Below the pieces are notes generated by a model that searched no databases, had not been told where the DNA came from, and saw nothing but the letters and a program-made list of their open reading frames with translations. A stretch of DNA of 49,548 nt from Eledone cirrhosa (lineage: Eukaryota): the NCBI GenBank assembly GCA_964016885.1, contig CAXHJY010000700.1:1-49548 (forward strand), in the 5' to 3' direction. Positions 12,226 to 25,112 of this stretch are shown here, piece after piece. The position numbers and the translations under genes are program-made. Numbering within the stretch: position 1 is the stretch's first letter; each line of letters begins with the position of its first letter.

Positions 12226-14460
12226 AAGATGATGATGATGATGATGATGACTAGGAGGAGAAGGATGGAAGATGGTGGGGACGATGGGGATGATGGTGAC
12301 GATGGGGATGACAAAAATGATGGTGGTAGTGATGGTTGTGATGGTGGCGGTGGCGATAGTGATGGCTTGGAAGAGCAAGGATGATGGTCATGATGATGGT
12401 AAACGATGGTGATAACTAGGAAGAGAAAGAAGGTTGCTGATGATGATGGTGATGATGATTGTAATGGTGATGTTAATGATAATGATGATAATAGCGATGG
12501 TGATGGAGATTGTGATGATGATGTTGATGGTGATGTTGAAGATGTGATGATGACGACGATGGTGATGACGATGGTGATGATGATGATGGTGGTGATGGTG
12601 ATGGTGATGACGATGATGATGACGATGATGATGTTGATGATGATGTTGAAGATGTTGATGGTGATGATGACGACGATGGTGATGATGATGACAATGACGA
12701 TGGCATTGATGATGGTGATGATGATGATGTAGATGATAAATGATGACAATGGTGATGGTGATGCTGATAATGATGACGAGGGTGATGATGGTGATGATGA
12801 TGGTGATGTTGAGGAGGACAACGGCTATGATGATGCTGCTGGTGTTTCTAATTAAGATGATGGAAGAAGTAATTATCGTAAAGATGGCGACGGGGATGAT
12901 TCTGACAAGCTGCTGCAGCTGCTGCTGTTGCTGACCAAGGTGATGATGATGATGGTGATTGTGATGGGTGACAATAACTAAGACAGATCTAATTAGAATA
13001 ATGATAAATGGTGATTAGGTAGTGTTGGTGGTGGTAGTGGTTGTGGTAGTGGTGGTGGTAGAGGTGGTGGTATTAGTTGTGGTGGCGTTGGTGGTGGTAG
13101 TGGTGGTTATAGTGGTTGTGGTTGTGGTAGTGGTGGTGGTAGTGGTAGTGTTGGTAGTGGTGGTGGTGGTGGTTGTGGTGGTGGTGGTTGTGGTGGTGGT
13201 AGTCGTGGTGGTATTAGTTGTGGTGGTTGTAGTGGTGGTTGTAGTGGTGGTGGTAGTGGTTGTAGTAGTGGTGGTGGTAGTGGTAGTGGTGGTGGTTGTA
13301 GTAGTAGTGGTGGTAGTGGTGGTGGTATTAGTTGTGGTGGTTGTAGTGGTAGTGGTGGTGGTGGTGGTGGTAGTGTTGGTGGTAGTGGTGGTTGTAGTGG
13401 TGGTGGTAGTAGTGGTGGTGGTAGTGACTGTAGTGTTGGTAGTAGTAGTGATGGTGGTAGTGGTTGCGGTGGTTGTAGCGTTGGTAATGGTGGTGGAAGT
13501 GATGGTGGTAGTGTTGGTAGTGGTGGTGGTGGTATTGATGGTGCTAGTGGTGGCGATGGTAGTGATGGTGCTAGTTGTAGGTGTTGGTAGCGGTGGTATT
13601 GTTGATGGTAGAGTTGTTGTGGTAGCGGTGTTGGTGGTAGTGATGGTGGTTGTGGTGATAGTGGTGTTGGTATTGTTGGTATTGATGGTAGAGGTTATAG
13701 TTTTAGCGCTGGTTGTAATATTAGTGATAAGGATGTTGTTGTTGGTGGTGTTGATGATGCTGTTGATGATGATGGTAGTGATGGTGATGGTATATGTGAT
13801 AGTGGTAGTGGTTGTGGGGCTCCTACGAGCAATAGTATTAGTATGGGTAGCTCAGGTGGTGATGGTAGCCAAGTTGGTTACGGTGATGTGTGATTCCAAT
13901 GTTGGTAACGGTGGTGGTGGTGTGGCTGGGAGGGGAATGAACATTTGAACAGACGGCGGCGGGCATGAGCTTGTCTTTAAAAATATAGGACATTAAATTA
14001 ATGAGAAAAGAATGGGCACATTGATGTTTTTGGTGCGGGGGGGGGGTAGTATGTAGGAGGGGATAAAGTATGGCAAGGAGACAAGGAAACCGAAGAGGCA
14101 GTATATGATGGTAATGATGATGTTGATGATGATAATGATGATTGTGATGGTGATGGTGATGATGGAGATGATGATGATGATGATGATGATGATTGTGGCC
14201 ATGATGATGATGATGTTGTATGGTGATGATGATTGTGGCGATGGTGATGATGATGGGGATGGTGATGATGATGGTAATGATGATTGTGGCGATGGTGATG
14301 ATGATGGGGATGGTGATGATGATGGTGATGATGATTGACGCGATGGTGATGATGGTGGTTGATGGTGATGATTATGATGATGATGGGATGATGATTTTTA
14401 GCGTTTGTAGTGATGTCTCATGTTTTTAAATGAGTATGATGATGATGATGATGATGAAGA
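12226..14460. repeat. (GAT)n and (GGT/AGT)n trinucleotide tracts
   Basis: GAT-rich 12226-12970 and 14105-14460; GGT/AGT-rich 13010-13925. Confidence 0.95.
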
Positions 14461-14542
14461 AAAAGGAGGAGGATGGGAGAAGAAAATAAATAAAGAAAAA
14501 TAGATGATGATGGAGATTTTATTGTTGTTGTTATTATTATAT

Positions 14543-14730
14543 AGGGCGGTGGGTTGGCAGTATCGGTAGAGGGTCGGACGCCATGCTTTCTAGCATAGAG
14601 TTACGGCCCTTGTCATTCTAAGTTCAAATCCCGCCGAGGTTACCTTTGCTTTCATCCTTGCGGGGTCGATAAAATAAAGTACCAGTAATACACTGAATAA
14701 TTGCTGGCCTTGTGCCATAAGTAGAAACAA
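14543..14730 (+). mobile_element. SINE family B, full-length head
   Basis: gggcggtgggttggcagtatcggtagag...gttcaaatcccgccgagg...ctttcatccttgcggggtcgataaaataaagtaccag...ggccttgtgcc, then (ATT)n. Confidence 0.92.
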
Positions 14731-14768
14731 TTATTATTATTATTTATTTATGATGATAATGATGTGAT

Positions 14769-15125
14769 TCTCTTTCTTCTTCTTCTTCTTCTTCTTCTTC
14801 TTCTTCTTCTTCTTCTTCTTCTTCTTCTTCTTCTTTTCCTTCTGCTTTTCCTTCTTTTCATTCTTCCTTCTTTTCCTTCTTCTTTTCCTTCTTTTCCTTC
14901 TTCTTTTTCTTCTTCTTCTTCTTCTTCTTCTTCTTTTCCTTCTTCTTTTCCTTCTTCTTTTCCTTCTTCTTTTCCTTCTTCTTCGTCTTCTTCTTCTTCT
15001 TCTTCTTCTTTTCATTTTTTTCTTCTTTTCCTTCTTCTTTTCCTACTTCTTTTCCTACTTCTTTTCCTACTTCTTTTCCTTCTTCTTTTTCTACTTTTCC
15101 TTCTTCTTCTTCTTCTTCTTCTTTT
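14769..15125. repeat. (CTT)n tract
   Basis: Seen directly. Confidence 0.95.
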
Positions 15126-15354
15126 TATGACTGGATAAGGACCATATTGATAATGATGATGATAAGACTGCGGTAGTTACATGTGTGGTGGTGGCGGTGG
15201 CGTTAAGGTGTTATAACTTGAGACGGTTAAAGTAATATTTAAATAGAACAGATGGAGAATAGTCACCTTATACAGAAACCAGACAACACCACACCACTCC
15301 GCCCCGCCTAACTACAGCCATTACCTCTATCACCAAGGCCAACAAAAATACGCC

Positions 15355-15890
15355 AGCAACACATATCACCACAACAACACCATACACCCGGGAACACCAC
15401 CACCACAACAACAACAACAATCACAACCACCACCAAAACAAACACCATCATAACCACCATCAAAATCAAAACCATAACCACAACTACAACCAACACCACC
15501 ACCACCACTATCATGACAACAAAATACACCTCCACCATCAACATCATCACCACAATCCCAGCAACAACAACCATCAACATCACAACAACAAAAACATCAT
15601 CCTCACCACCACCACCACTACAACAACAATAACAACCACAACCATCACCACAGCCATTACCATAATATCAACAAAATACACCTCCACCATCAACATCATC
15701 ACCACAATAACAGCAACAACAACAACAACCATCAACACCACAACAACAAAAAAAAACATCATCCTCACCAACACCACCATCACCACTACAACAACAATAA
15801 CAACCACAACCATCACCATAACATCAACAAAAAAGCACCTCCACCATCAACATCATTATCGTCAGCAGCATCACTATTACCACAAACAGA
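15355..15890. repeat. (CAA/CAC)n tract with internal higher-order repeat
   Basis: aacaaaatacacctccaccatcaacatcat recurs near 15520, 15670 and, more loosely, 15830. Confidence 0.85.
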
Positions 15891-17047
15891 AACACAACTA
15901 GATGATTAATTAGGCTTTCATATCTTAAATTGATGTGCCTTGTGACCAATTTAATTATGTGGCCAGGAACAGGTTAGTAGTAGTAGTAGTCGTCGTAGTA
16001 GTAGTAGGGGGAGGGGGGGAGCAGTAGTAGCTGTAGGAAGAAGGGAGAAGGGAGAGCAGTAGTAGCTGTAGTAATGGGGTTGATGTTGATGGTATTGGTA
16101 GTTTCAGTGGTTTTTATTGTTATGGTACACACACACACACATATATATGTATATATCTATGTGTGTGTGTGGACGTGTTCATCAGTGTTTTTTGAGTTTG
16201 TGCGTGTATGCATGTGTATATATTTATATGTGTGCGTGTGCGTGTGATGAGCGTGTACCTGTATCCCTAGTTTTGTTTGTTTACATCGCCCTACATATTC
16301 GTGATTTTTCTTTTTATGTTCCGTATCTTTAACTGTTCAATAAAAAGAAATCGACAAGTAATCGACGTAAATCAATATTGGGTATCGATAGATCTTACTA
16401 AATACCTTCAACTGTTCCCATATCGATAGGTACTATTAAATACCTTGAAGGTATTCAGTATGGGGACAGTTCCTCCATATTTAGTCGTAGCTTTATCTAG
16501 TCGGTGAGTTGGCTCATTTGCTAGAGCTTCGGATTAAATAGCACGATACTTGTTTCAGTTATGTTTGTTGTTGGAATTGGTTTCTTGGAATTGCTTGATA
16601 TATAAAGTACCAAAAATGTGTCGGTTACTAGATACATAAAGTACCAAATAAAAGTCGTTGGTAAGGTGGAATTGCGAAATACATAAATTACCAAACCAGG
16701 GTCGTTGGACCCGTGGAATTTCTAGATACTTAAAATAACTATTAGGATAGTTGATATCGTGAAATTGCTATGGTGTCAGATGGACTGCTTTGCAGTTCTA
16801 GCGCTGGGAGGTTCTGAGTTCACATCCTGTCTCCACTCATCAGAAAAGGTGACACTTCTGCAAGGAATCATGATCAGCATTATATTATCATCGAAGTTTC
16901 CTTGCGCCAATTTAAGGATATTCTCCTTTCCTTTCCAATTGCAACATTCTCATAGAAATTGCTTCTAAGTTCATTTTCGTAATTAAATTTCTTATCAACT
17001 TCAAATATTTCTTTCTCTATTTGTTGGTGCATTCTACAGATATACAC

Positions 17048-17590
17048 CAGGCGTTGGCAAACTATTGCTCAAAGAATAAATCTGGCCTGCAGCTTGATTT
17101 TATCCGGTCCATAGACGTCATTGAATATATGATGTTCTATATTAAAGATCTTTATTATCCTTATCAATCTTTGGTAAGCACTGAACTAATGTATTATTTT
17201 CATTTTGTTTTTAACATATATATTTAGATATTATTTTATGTAGAATTTCTGAGCTTGCTGTGCTTTAGCAAAAGAAATATTTTTATTAGCTTATAATTAA
17301 AGGATGCTTTGGTATTACGAAACATCTGCTCTTTTCGTTATCCTTTATATCACCAGTGAAAAACATTGATTTCATTCTTCGTTAAACATTTATAATGAAA
17401 ACAACAACAGAAAAAAAAACAAAAAAACTCACACACACAAAAACAAAACAAACAGCATAACAGTAATTAAAACAACAAAACTGCGTTAAAAGCCTTGCAT
17501 GATCATAGTTTCATTTTCTATTCCTTTTGGCCCACAAAATATAGAAATATTTCTAATCAGGTCCGCCCCTAAAACAGTTTCATAAGTCTT
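17048..17590. mobile_element. Old hAT (Charlie/MER58-like) MITE
   Basis: Left end caggcgttggcaaacta...aaatctggcctgc; right end tttggcccacaaa...aaatattt...aaaacagtttc, resembling Charlie-type termini. Confidence 0.55.
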
Positions 17591-17687
17591 TTATTATCAA
17601 ATCAAAATCGAACTGATAATATGTCAGTTGTTTACTAATCAAATTAGATGAAAACGGTTTTTCCGATTCCATGAATCCCTTAACAAT

Positions 17688-18065
17688 CGCTTCTAATATA
17701 AACTCGAGACCAGTAAATTTTGGGGAAGGGAACGGCGATTATATCGAACCTAGCATTTATTTGGGATATATCTTATTTATCCTGGAAAAAAAAGGCAAAT
17801 TTGACCACGGCGGGATTTGAAATCAAAACGTAAAGAACCAGAATCCCTACTGCTAAGCAGACACCCTAACAATTCTCTCAATAAAACCGCCGTCATGAAA
17901 TCTTTGATAAAGATGTTTAATTTAGGCGCAAGACCAGCTAATGTTTGGAAAAATTAAGTCGATTACACCAACTGAATGATTTGGATCATATTTAGTTTAA
18001 TATGCCTCGGAAGGAAGAAAAAGAAAGCTGTCCTCGGCAGCATTTAAACCTAGAATGTAAGAACT
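17688..18065 (-). mobile_element. Two highly degenerate family B SINEs
   Basis: aaaggcaaatttgaccacggcgggatttgaaatca at ~17790; aggcgcaagaccagc...cctcggcagcatttaaac at 17920-18050. Confidence 0.65.
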
Positions 18066-18448
18066 CAGAACCAATCCACCATTGTCATAAAGCTATCAAT
18101 AACAGGGCTATATAGACAGTTTAAGACAGCTTTTCTGTTGATGAAAAGATCTCCATTAAAAATGAAACTGACGAAGGGGTCGCCATTTTCCTGTCAACTC
18201 GCCAAATGCATTAAAAAAAGATGTGTACAGCCGAACAGTGTATATAATTAAGTTTAGTAAAATTCGAATTAATTATGTTTAATTCACACGCTCATTATGG
18301 GCTGAAACATATAGATTTAATCTATTGTAAATTAATACATTATGGCATCGAAGAAACACGGTTAAACCGTCACTAATTTATACATACATAGACACATTTA
18401 CATACACACACACACACATACACATATATATATAAATAAATGTGTATG

Positions 18449-18480
<32 letters not shown>

Positions 18481-19547
18481 ATGTGATTGCATTTAAATAC
18501 ACACACATATTAGTATACATATATTTATATATATATATGTGTGTGTGTGAGACTGCATTTAAATATATACACATATATGTATATAATATATACATATACA
18601 TGTATATATAGACATATACACAAATATGTGTGCATATACATGTATATATAGACATATACACAAATATGTGTGCATGTATATATTTATGTGTGATTGCATT
18701 TAAATACGCACAAATATATGTATATAATATATATATTTATATATATAAATAAATGTGTGTATGCATATATTTATGTATGATTGTATTTAAATGCACACAC
18801 ACATACATAGATACATATATATATATATATATATAATATATATAAAATATATATATATGTATGTATGTGTGTGTGTGTATGTATGTGTGTATGTATGTAT
18901 GTATGTATGTATGTGTGTGTGTGTCAGCTATATTATTCATATATAAACATACAAAATGTCCAAGAGAACAGTGAAACTATCAGCAACATCATTAAATGTG
19001 TTACTAAATACGATGTTCAAATATCTATTTATAACATTAAATGATGAATTAATGATGTCGACATTGCCTTCATCTACCGCCCCGACCCTGGGGGCCACCA
19101 GCCATGACAAAAGAGAGAAAGGAAGAACAATAGAAGGACTTCAAAGGAGAGTTGAGAGTAGTTAGGGCTGGTGTAAGAATGGTATAATAGCCTTGTTGTA
19201 ATATCTTGATTTAAGGAATCGATCAATGTCCAGATGGTACCCTAATAGGATCCGTCTTACATGGGTGTGTAGTAAAACTGTTTCTATCTCTCTCACCTTT
19301 CACTCTCAACGCAAAATTCCCTCTCTCTCTCTTCCGTTATATATATACACAGACATAGATAGATATATGTGTGTGTGTCGGTGTGTATATATATACACTC
19401 ATAAACTCAAACACGCAGACGTAATGTCTGTGATATATATATATATATATATACACACACATATACACACACATATACACACACCCACACACACACATAT
19501 ACACAGCCACACACATATATACACACACACACATATATACACACACA

Positions 19548-19668
19548 CTGAAGAAGGGCTTATGCCCGAAATATCGTCCCCCCCCACTCTCAAGAGCGTG
19601 AAACTAATAAACCTAATAAACCTTTGTTCGTACTGCCCCTCTGTTGTGTTCCCGTTCCATTTTTCACT
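19548..19668 (+). ncRNA. PLE-type hammerhead core (5' strand of stem I lost) plus tail
   Basis: CTGAAGA A GGGC TTAT GCCC GAAA TATC GTC CCC; tail ends in (TA)n. Confidence 0.7.
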
Positions 19669-19692
19669 ATATATATATATATATATATTTAT

Positions 19693-19886
19693 ATAGGAAA
19701 AAGTATGACCCCGACCGCAGAGCTCAAGCTGTTTCAATGGCTATTTCTGGACTGAAATAGACGTTGAAACGGCTTGAGCTGTGCCGTCGGGGTCATACTT
19801 TTTCCTATTTCCCACTCTACTACCCTAAGTATTGAGTACTCTGGTGCGTTATGGTCCATCTGGTTCCTTACCACACCTCCTTCGTT
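19693..19886 (+). mobile_element. Fold-back element (hammerhead stem II and 3' half) plus tail; family shared with 28050 and 34175
   Basis: Hairpin 19693-19808; right arm GAAAC GGC..GCC GTC GGGGTC; tail 19809-19886; flanked by TA. Confidence 0.8.
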
Positions 19887-19997
19887 ATATATATATGTGT
19901 GTGTATATGTGTGTGTGTATATATATGTATGTGTGAGTGTGTGTGAGTGTGTGTGTATATATGTGTGTGGCTGTGTATATCTGTGTGTGTGGGTGTG

Positions 19998-20042
<45 letters not shown>

Positions 20043-20075
20043 GTGTGGCTGTGTATATCTGTGGGTGTGTATATA

Positions 20076-20110
<35 letters not shown>

Positions 20111-20520
20111 CACAGACATTACGTCTGCGTGTTTGAGTTTATGAGTGTATGTGTGTATGTGTTTCTATTTAATTTACATTAGGATATATATATATATATA
20201 TATGGATATATATATATGTATATACATGTATGTTTGCGTGTGTATATAAAGATCTGGTTTACTGTTGTTATTGTCGTTATTGTTGTTATTGCTGAAATTA
20301 TAGAAACAACACACTATGTAATGAAACGGGGTTGTTATTGCATCCATATTGTCATGAGGGACAATAACATCACCATCGTTTACTACTACTACTACTGCTA
20401 CTGCTGCTACTACTGCTGCTACTACTACTGCTACTACTACTACTACTACTACTACTACTATCTTCGCACCCAAATATAGAAAAACATGTATATACACATG
20501 CGTATATTTATATATATAAG

Positions 20521-20735
20521 GATCGATCGACTTTCGTCAAATCGGACCGAGGAAACAATGTTTCCGTTGGTCTTTCCAGTTGCTAATACTATCTATCTGT
20601 CGCAACTCCAGGTAGAAGGAGCAACGTGAAATAAAGTGTCTTGCTCAAGGACATAACGCATCGCCCGGTCCAGGAATCGGACTCACAATCTCAAGATTGT
20701 GAATCCAATTCTCTAACAACTTAGCCACACGCGTT

Positions 20736-20737
<2 letters not shown>
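20521..20737 (-). mobile_element. tRNA-derived CORE-like SINE
   Basis: Close reverse complement of 22948-23165. Confidence 0.9.
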
Positions 20738-20783
<46 letters not shown>

Positions 20784-20789
20784 TTAGCA

Positions 20790-20832
<43 letters not shown>

Positions 20833-21003
20833 GTATGTGTGTATATATATATATATATATAATTCGACACTATATATTTTATCTAATGATTCTTTGCACT
20901 TACATTTTTATATATATTATATATATACATATTCTACACTTCTATGTATCCATGTGTCTATATATATGTATATGTGTATGCTTAAATACACACACACACA
21001 CAT

Positions 21004-21040
<37 letters not shown>

Positions 21041-21359
21041 AGTACACACATATATTTATTTATATATACATATCTATCTATCTATCTATATCTATCTCTC
21101 CTTCTCTATACATATATACACCCCACACACACACGCACACACATACACGCACACACACATACACACACATATAATTTCTCGTTCATCATCTCCCATCTGA
21201 CGTCCATATTTGCTATATTAGATATCGTCAAGAAAACACTGAAGGTTTTTATGAGGCTGTATTTTACTTAATCTTCCTTTCATAAAATCTGGAGGTTTCT
21301 TTTGTGGTCCCTGTTTCTGTAAACAGGGATCCCGGATGCCAGCTGTTAGGAAACAAGGG

Positions 21360-21475
21360 ACAATAACAGTAACAACAACATCAGCCACAATAACAGTAAC
21401 AACAACATCAGCCACAATAACAGTAACAACAACATCAGCCACAATAACAGTAACAACATCAGCAACAATAACAGG
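21360..21475. repeat. 27-bp minisatellite, about 4 copies
   Basis: acaataacagtaacaacaacatcagcc repeats. Confidence 0.9.
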
Positions 21476-21519
21476 GATATTTACATAAGTTGCCACGTTA
21501 ATGCAAGTAGTGACACAGG

Positions 21520-22035
21520 ATGAAGGGAGAGGCGGAGAAGAGGAAGAAGAAAAGAAAAAAGAAGCTAGAAGACAAAGAAGAAAGATGAAGGAAAAGAAAA
21601 AAAGATGAAGAAAAGAAGAGGAGGAAGGTGGAGGAGATGAGGGGATGACGGACAAGATTATGAAAAGGAAGAAAATAGAGGAATAGCAATTACAAAACAA
21701 CAGAAAATTGATGAAGAAAAAGATGAAGAAAGAAAAGGGTGGGAAGGTGACGATAACAACAACGATGATGATGATGATGTGGAGGAAGGGGAGTGTGAGG
21801 ATGTGGAAGAGTAGAAGCAAGATGCTGCCGTTGGGTAAGAAAAAAAGAAATTAAGAAGAAAAGTAGTAGTAACAGTAGTAGTAGTAGTAGTAGTGGAAGG
21901 AGGACAAGGGGAGGAAGGAGTAATTAAAGAAGTAGAAGATAAAGTAGAATAAGAAGAAATAGAAGAAAACGAGAAGAATGATCAAATCATAATCATCGGC
22001 AACAAGAAAAAATACAAGAACAACAACCACCACAA
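21520..22035. repeat. Purine-rich (GAA/GTA) low-complexity tract
   Basis: Seen directly. Confidence 0.85.
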
Positions 22036-22107
22036 CATCTAATCTCCCAATAAACTTATATCGATATACTCAAAAACAAACACAAGCTAAACACATGAAA
22101 TACAATG

Positions 22108-22303
22108 ATTTCTAATATAGGCACAAGGCCAGCAATATTTGGGGGAGAGGGAAAGTCCATTAAATCGAAACCAGTACGTTACTGGTACTTCATGTTATCG
22201 ACTCCATAAGGATGAATGGCAAAGTTAACCTCGGCGTAAAGGACCGTAACTTAATGCTGCAAAGCATGGTGTCCTACTCTACGGATACTGTCAATCCACC
22301 GCC
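22108..22303 (-). mobile_element. SINE family B with internal deletion
   Basis: Family B body ending ccaccgccc. Confidence 0.85.
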
Positions 22304-22533
22304 CTAAACTCATGAAATACAATAACAAAGGTAGATAAGACTTCAATACAACATTTAAGATGGACCTGGGAAGAGGCGGTTTCGATCTCCGGCGAGATTG
22401 AATAATCTATTTCAGTTTAATAATTTAATTAATAACCTTCAGAAAAGAAATGTTAGCAAGTCTGGACTAACCACCCTCTCTCTTTCTCTCTCTCTTTCTT
22501 CACGTAACTTCACGTTTCACTCCCTGTAGAAAC

Positions 22534-22566
<33 letters not shown>

Positions 22567-22570
<4 letters not shown>

Positions 22571-22669
22571 AATTTGAAGACTAAAATCCAAAGAGGACTC
22601 GATAAGGATAAATATATATCAAATATATAAGAACCATAGAGCAAATATTTATTGAAATAACATTAATAA

Positions 22670-22700
<31 letters not shown>

Positions 22701-22901
22701 GTTAAATAAAAGTCAAATGATTAAAATTTAGCTTCGTTTATTACTGCTATATATATTTCAGTGACAGCCATCTTTGGCTGTGACCTCTTCAGGCAGTTTG
22801 AATTAGTATGGTATAGACAAGTACATATGTTGTTTAGGTGTATGATATTGTCAATACTCTGATATGCCCAGTTCCTTGTTGGGTTGTTAATTCACTGGGG
22901 A

Positions 22902-22902
<1 letters not shown>
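22567..22902 (-). mobile_element. PLE-type 3' end (hammerhead plus tail) in (TA)n
   Basis: TA runs on both sides; contains the hammerhead at 22743-22797. Confidence 0.7.
22743..22797 (-). ncRNA. Type I hammerhead ribozyme
   Basis: ACTGC CTGAAGA GGTCACAGCCA AAGA TGGCTGTCACT GAAA TATATA TA GCAGT; perfect 5-bp stem I, palindromic stem III. Confidence 0.85.
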
Positions 22903-22947
<45 letters not shown>

Positions 22948-22949
<2 letters not shown>

Positions 22950-23165
22950 GAAGGCGTGTGGCTGAGTGGTTACAGAATTGGATTCACAATCTTGAGGTTG
23001 TGAGTTCGATTCCTGGACCGGGCGATACGTTATGTCCTTGAGCAAGACACTTTATTTCACGTTGCTCCTTCTACCTGGAGTTGCGACCAATAGATAGTAT
23101 TAGCAACTGGAAAGACCGATGAAAACATTGTTTCCTCGATCCGATTTGACGAAAATCGATCGATT
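22948..23165 (+). mobile_element. tRNA-derived CORE-like SINE
   Basis: A-box tggctgagtgg, B-box gagttcgattcc, CORE-like tgtccttgagcaagacactttatttcac. Confidence 0.92.
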
Positions 23166-23214
23166 AAAAATATATATATATATATAAATATATAGAGAAA
23201 GAGAGAGTGAGAGA

Positions 23215-23350
23215 AATGGCCTCTACAGGACTAGAACTGGAAATCAACACATGTTCTAGTCCTGTAGAAGCCATTGCTATATTAAACATTTATACTCTGC
23301 TATGTATTGAGTACCTTACTTAATGTGGTTACCCGCAATTGAACATGGGA
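23215..23350 (+). mobile_element. Short fold-back plus tail (PLE-type end)
   Basis: aatggcctctacaggactagaac / gttctagtcctgtagaagccatt, then tail with ttgagtacc. Confidence 0.55.
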
Positions 23351-23394
23351 TACATGGGATAAGTAAATAGAAATAACAAATCTCCCTTGTATTA

Positions 23395-23507
23395 TGTTCA
23401 AATCCTGCCGAGGTTAACTTTGCCTTTCATCCTTACGGGGTCGATAAAATAAAGTACCAGTAATGCACTGGTTAATTGCTGGCCTTGTGCCAAAAAGTAG
23501 AAACAAT
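23395..23507 (+). mobile_element. 5'-truncated SINE family B
   Basis: gttcaaatcctgccgagg...ggccttgtgcc...gtagaaacaatt. Confidence 0.9.
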
Positions 23508-23520
23508 TATATATATATAT

Positions 23521-23763
23521 ATATACGATATTAACAAATGGAAACTATATTTATAAAACCATATCTATTTTATTATACATATTTCAAGGATACCATGTTA
23601 AATTATGGTATCCTTGAAATATGTATAATAAAATAGATATGGTTTTATAAATATAGTTTCCATTTGTTAATATCGTATATTTACTCCAAATACTTGTCGA
23701 GTGCTTTATATCAGTTATAAAAAATATTTGCTTGTTGTATCCCAACAATTTAAATAGAACTTT

Positions 23764-23767
<4 letters not shown>
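23521..23767 (+). mobile_element. Fold-back element with apex in hammerhead stem II, plus tail; same family as 37372
   Basis: Perfect ~75-bp arms around a 10-nt loop at ~23596-23605; right arm GAAA TATGTA TA ATAAAATA. Confidence 0.85.
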
Positions 23768-23802
<35 letters not shown>

Positions 23803-24418
23803 GTGTGTGCGTGTATAGCAGCAGCATTGTCAACTGTTACAAGGGCGAAGGAAATGCTCTGAAAAGGGGAAACATTTGAGACATCAAGCTGATGTATATA
23901 CGTATAATTGAGATGAGTCTTATATTTAAAAACGTGCCTTAATTCTATTAAACACTGTGATGCAGTTTCTGAATATTTCACAAAGTGTCGCCACTTCGAC
24001 AAATATTTACTGATAAATGGAAAATCATTATCATCACATACACTTGTGATTCATCCGTTCTACACGATATATCGTTTACATTAAAACAACTGCGCTGGTC
24101 TTCTCATCCTATCTCTAAACCTCCATTTGTAATAAACGTTAGATACATACCTTAATAACTATATACCTATATACCTACGTAAAAATATATCTAGATAAAT
24201 ACATATATATATATATACTGACATATATATATATTCTGGTACATATATGTATGTATATATATATAGAGATACACTCATACACATATGTATGTATATGTAT
24301 ATATAACTATATATGATATTTAGCAGAATATATGAACAGACACACACACAGGCACACATATATTTATGTATGCATACACACATATATATAGTCTTCACAT
24401 TTATTATTTCTATATATA

Positions 24419-24510
24419 TTTATATATTCATACTGAAATAAGTATGTCACATTATGTATATATATATATAATATGACATACTTATTTCAGTATGAATATA
24501 TATATATATG
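24419..24510. repeat. Short inverted repeat around a TA core
   Basis: tatattcatactgaaataagtatgtca / tgacatacttatttcagtatgaatata. Confidence 0.85.
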
Positions 24511-25018
24511 CATGTATATATATATGTGAGTGTGTGTGTGAGTGCATGTATATATATATATATATATATATATATTGATATATATATATATATATATATA
24601 TGTATGGATTGTGTGCTGATAATATAGATAATATATAGACAAAACTCTGATGTAGATCAATGGAAGTCGTTAAGAGAAAGTATTGCCCAATATTGGCAGT
24701 ATTAATAATCTAAGAACGGAAGTTAGTGAGGTTCTTTGAAGTATTCTATCGATTTAGTTAACCCGAGTACTGGGTTTGACCTCGCTCCGGGCATGTGTGA
24801 GAGGTCAACCACCTATCTTTTAAATCCAAATAGGATATTTCAAGCATGAAAGAGAATGAATATACAGGAAAATCAATGGAAATTATAACGAACTTCTTTA
24901 TATTTTATGTACGTGTACGTACGTCGTTCGGGCGGATGTATATATGTACATATATATGTATATACGTATATACATACATATATATGTGTGTGTATATGTA
25001 TATGTACTCCACACACAA

Positions 25019-25112
<94 letters not shown>

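Larger units (their letters stand above)
19394..20149. repeat. Inverted duplication of host flank bracketing two PLE-type inserts
   Basis: tacactcataaactcaaacacgcagacgtaatgtctgtgatata plus (CA) tract at 19394-19547 is the reverse complement of ~19960-20149. Confidence 0.85.

Noticed and set aside
11654-15819. Poly-L/V/M/T/S/R ORFs
   Set aside because: Trinucleotide tracts open in several frames on both strands, with no splice or domain evidence.
16810-16848. Minus-strand CTGATGA hammerhead candidate
   Set aside because: No stem II pairing, and GAAC instead of GAAA.
18168-18200. CTGACGA hammerhead candidate
   Set aside because: No GAAA after the potential stem II.
21170-21316. Minus-strand exon candidate (KQGPQKKPPDFMKGRL...)
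   Set aside because: Several incompatible frames and splice choices; none favoured.
22948-23022. tRNA gene
   Set aside because: A/B boxes are present but the sequence continues into a SINE body and a second copy exists; no clean acceptor stem.
24640-24850. Possible decayed GIY-YIG (RKLV...NPSTGF)
   Set aside because: Needs several frameshifts; cannot be supported by eye.
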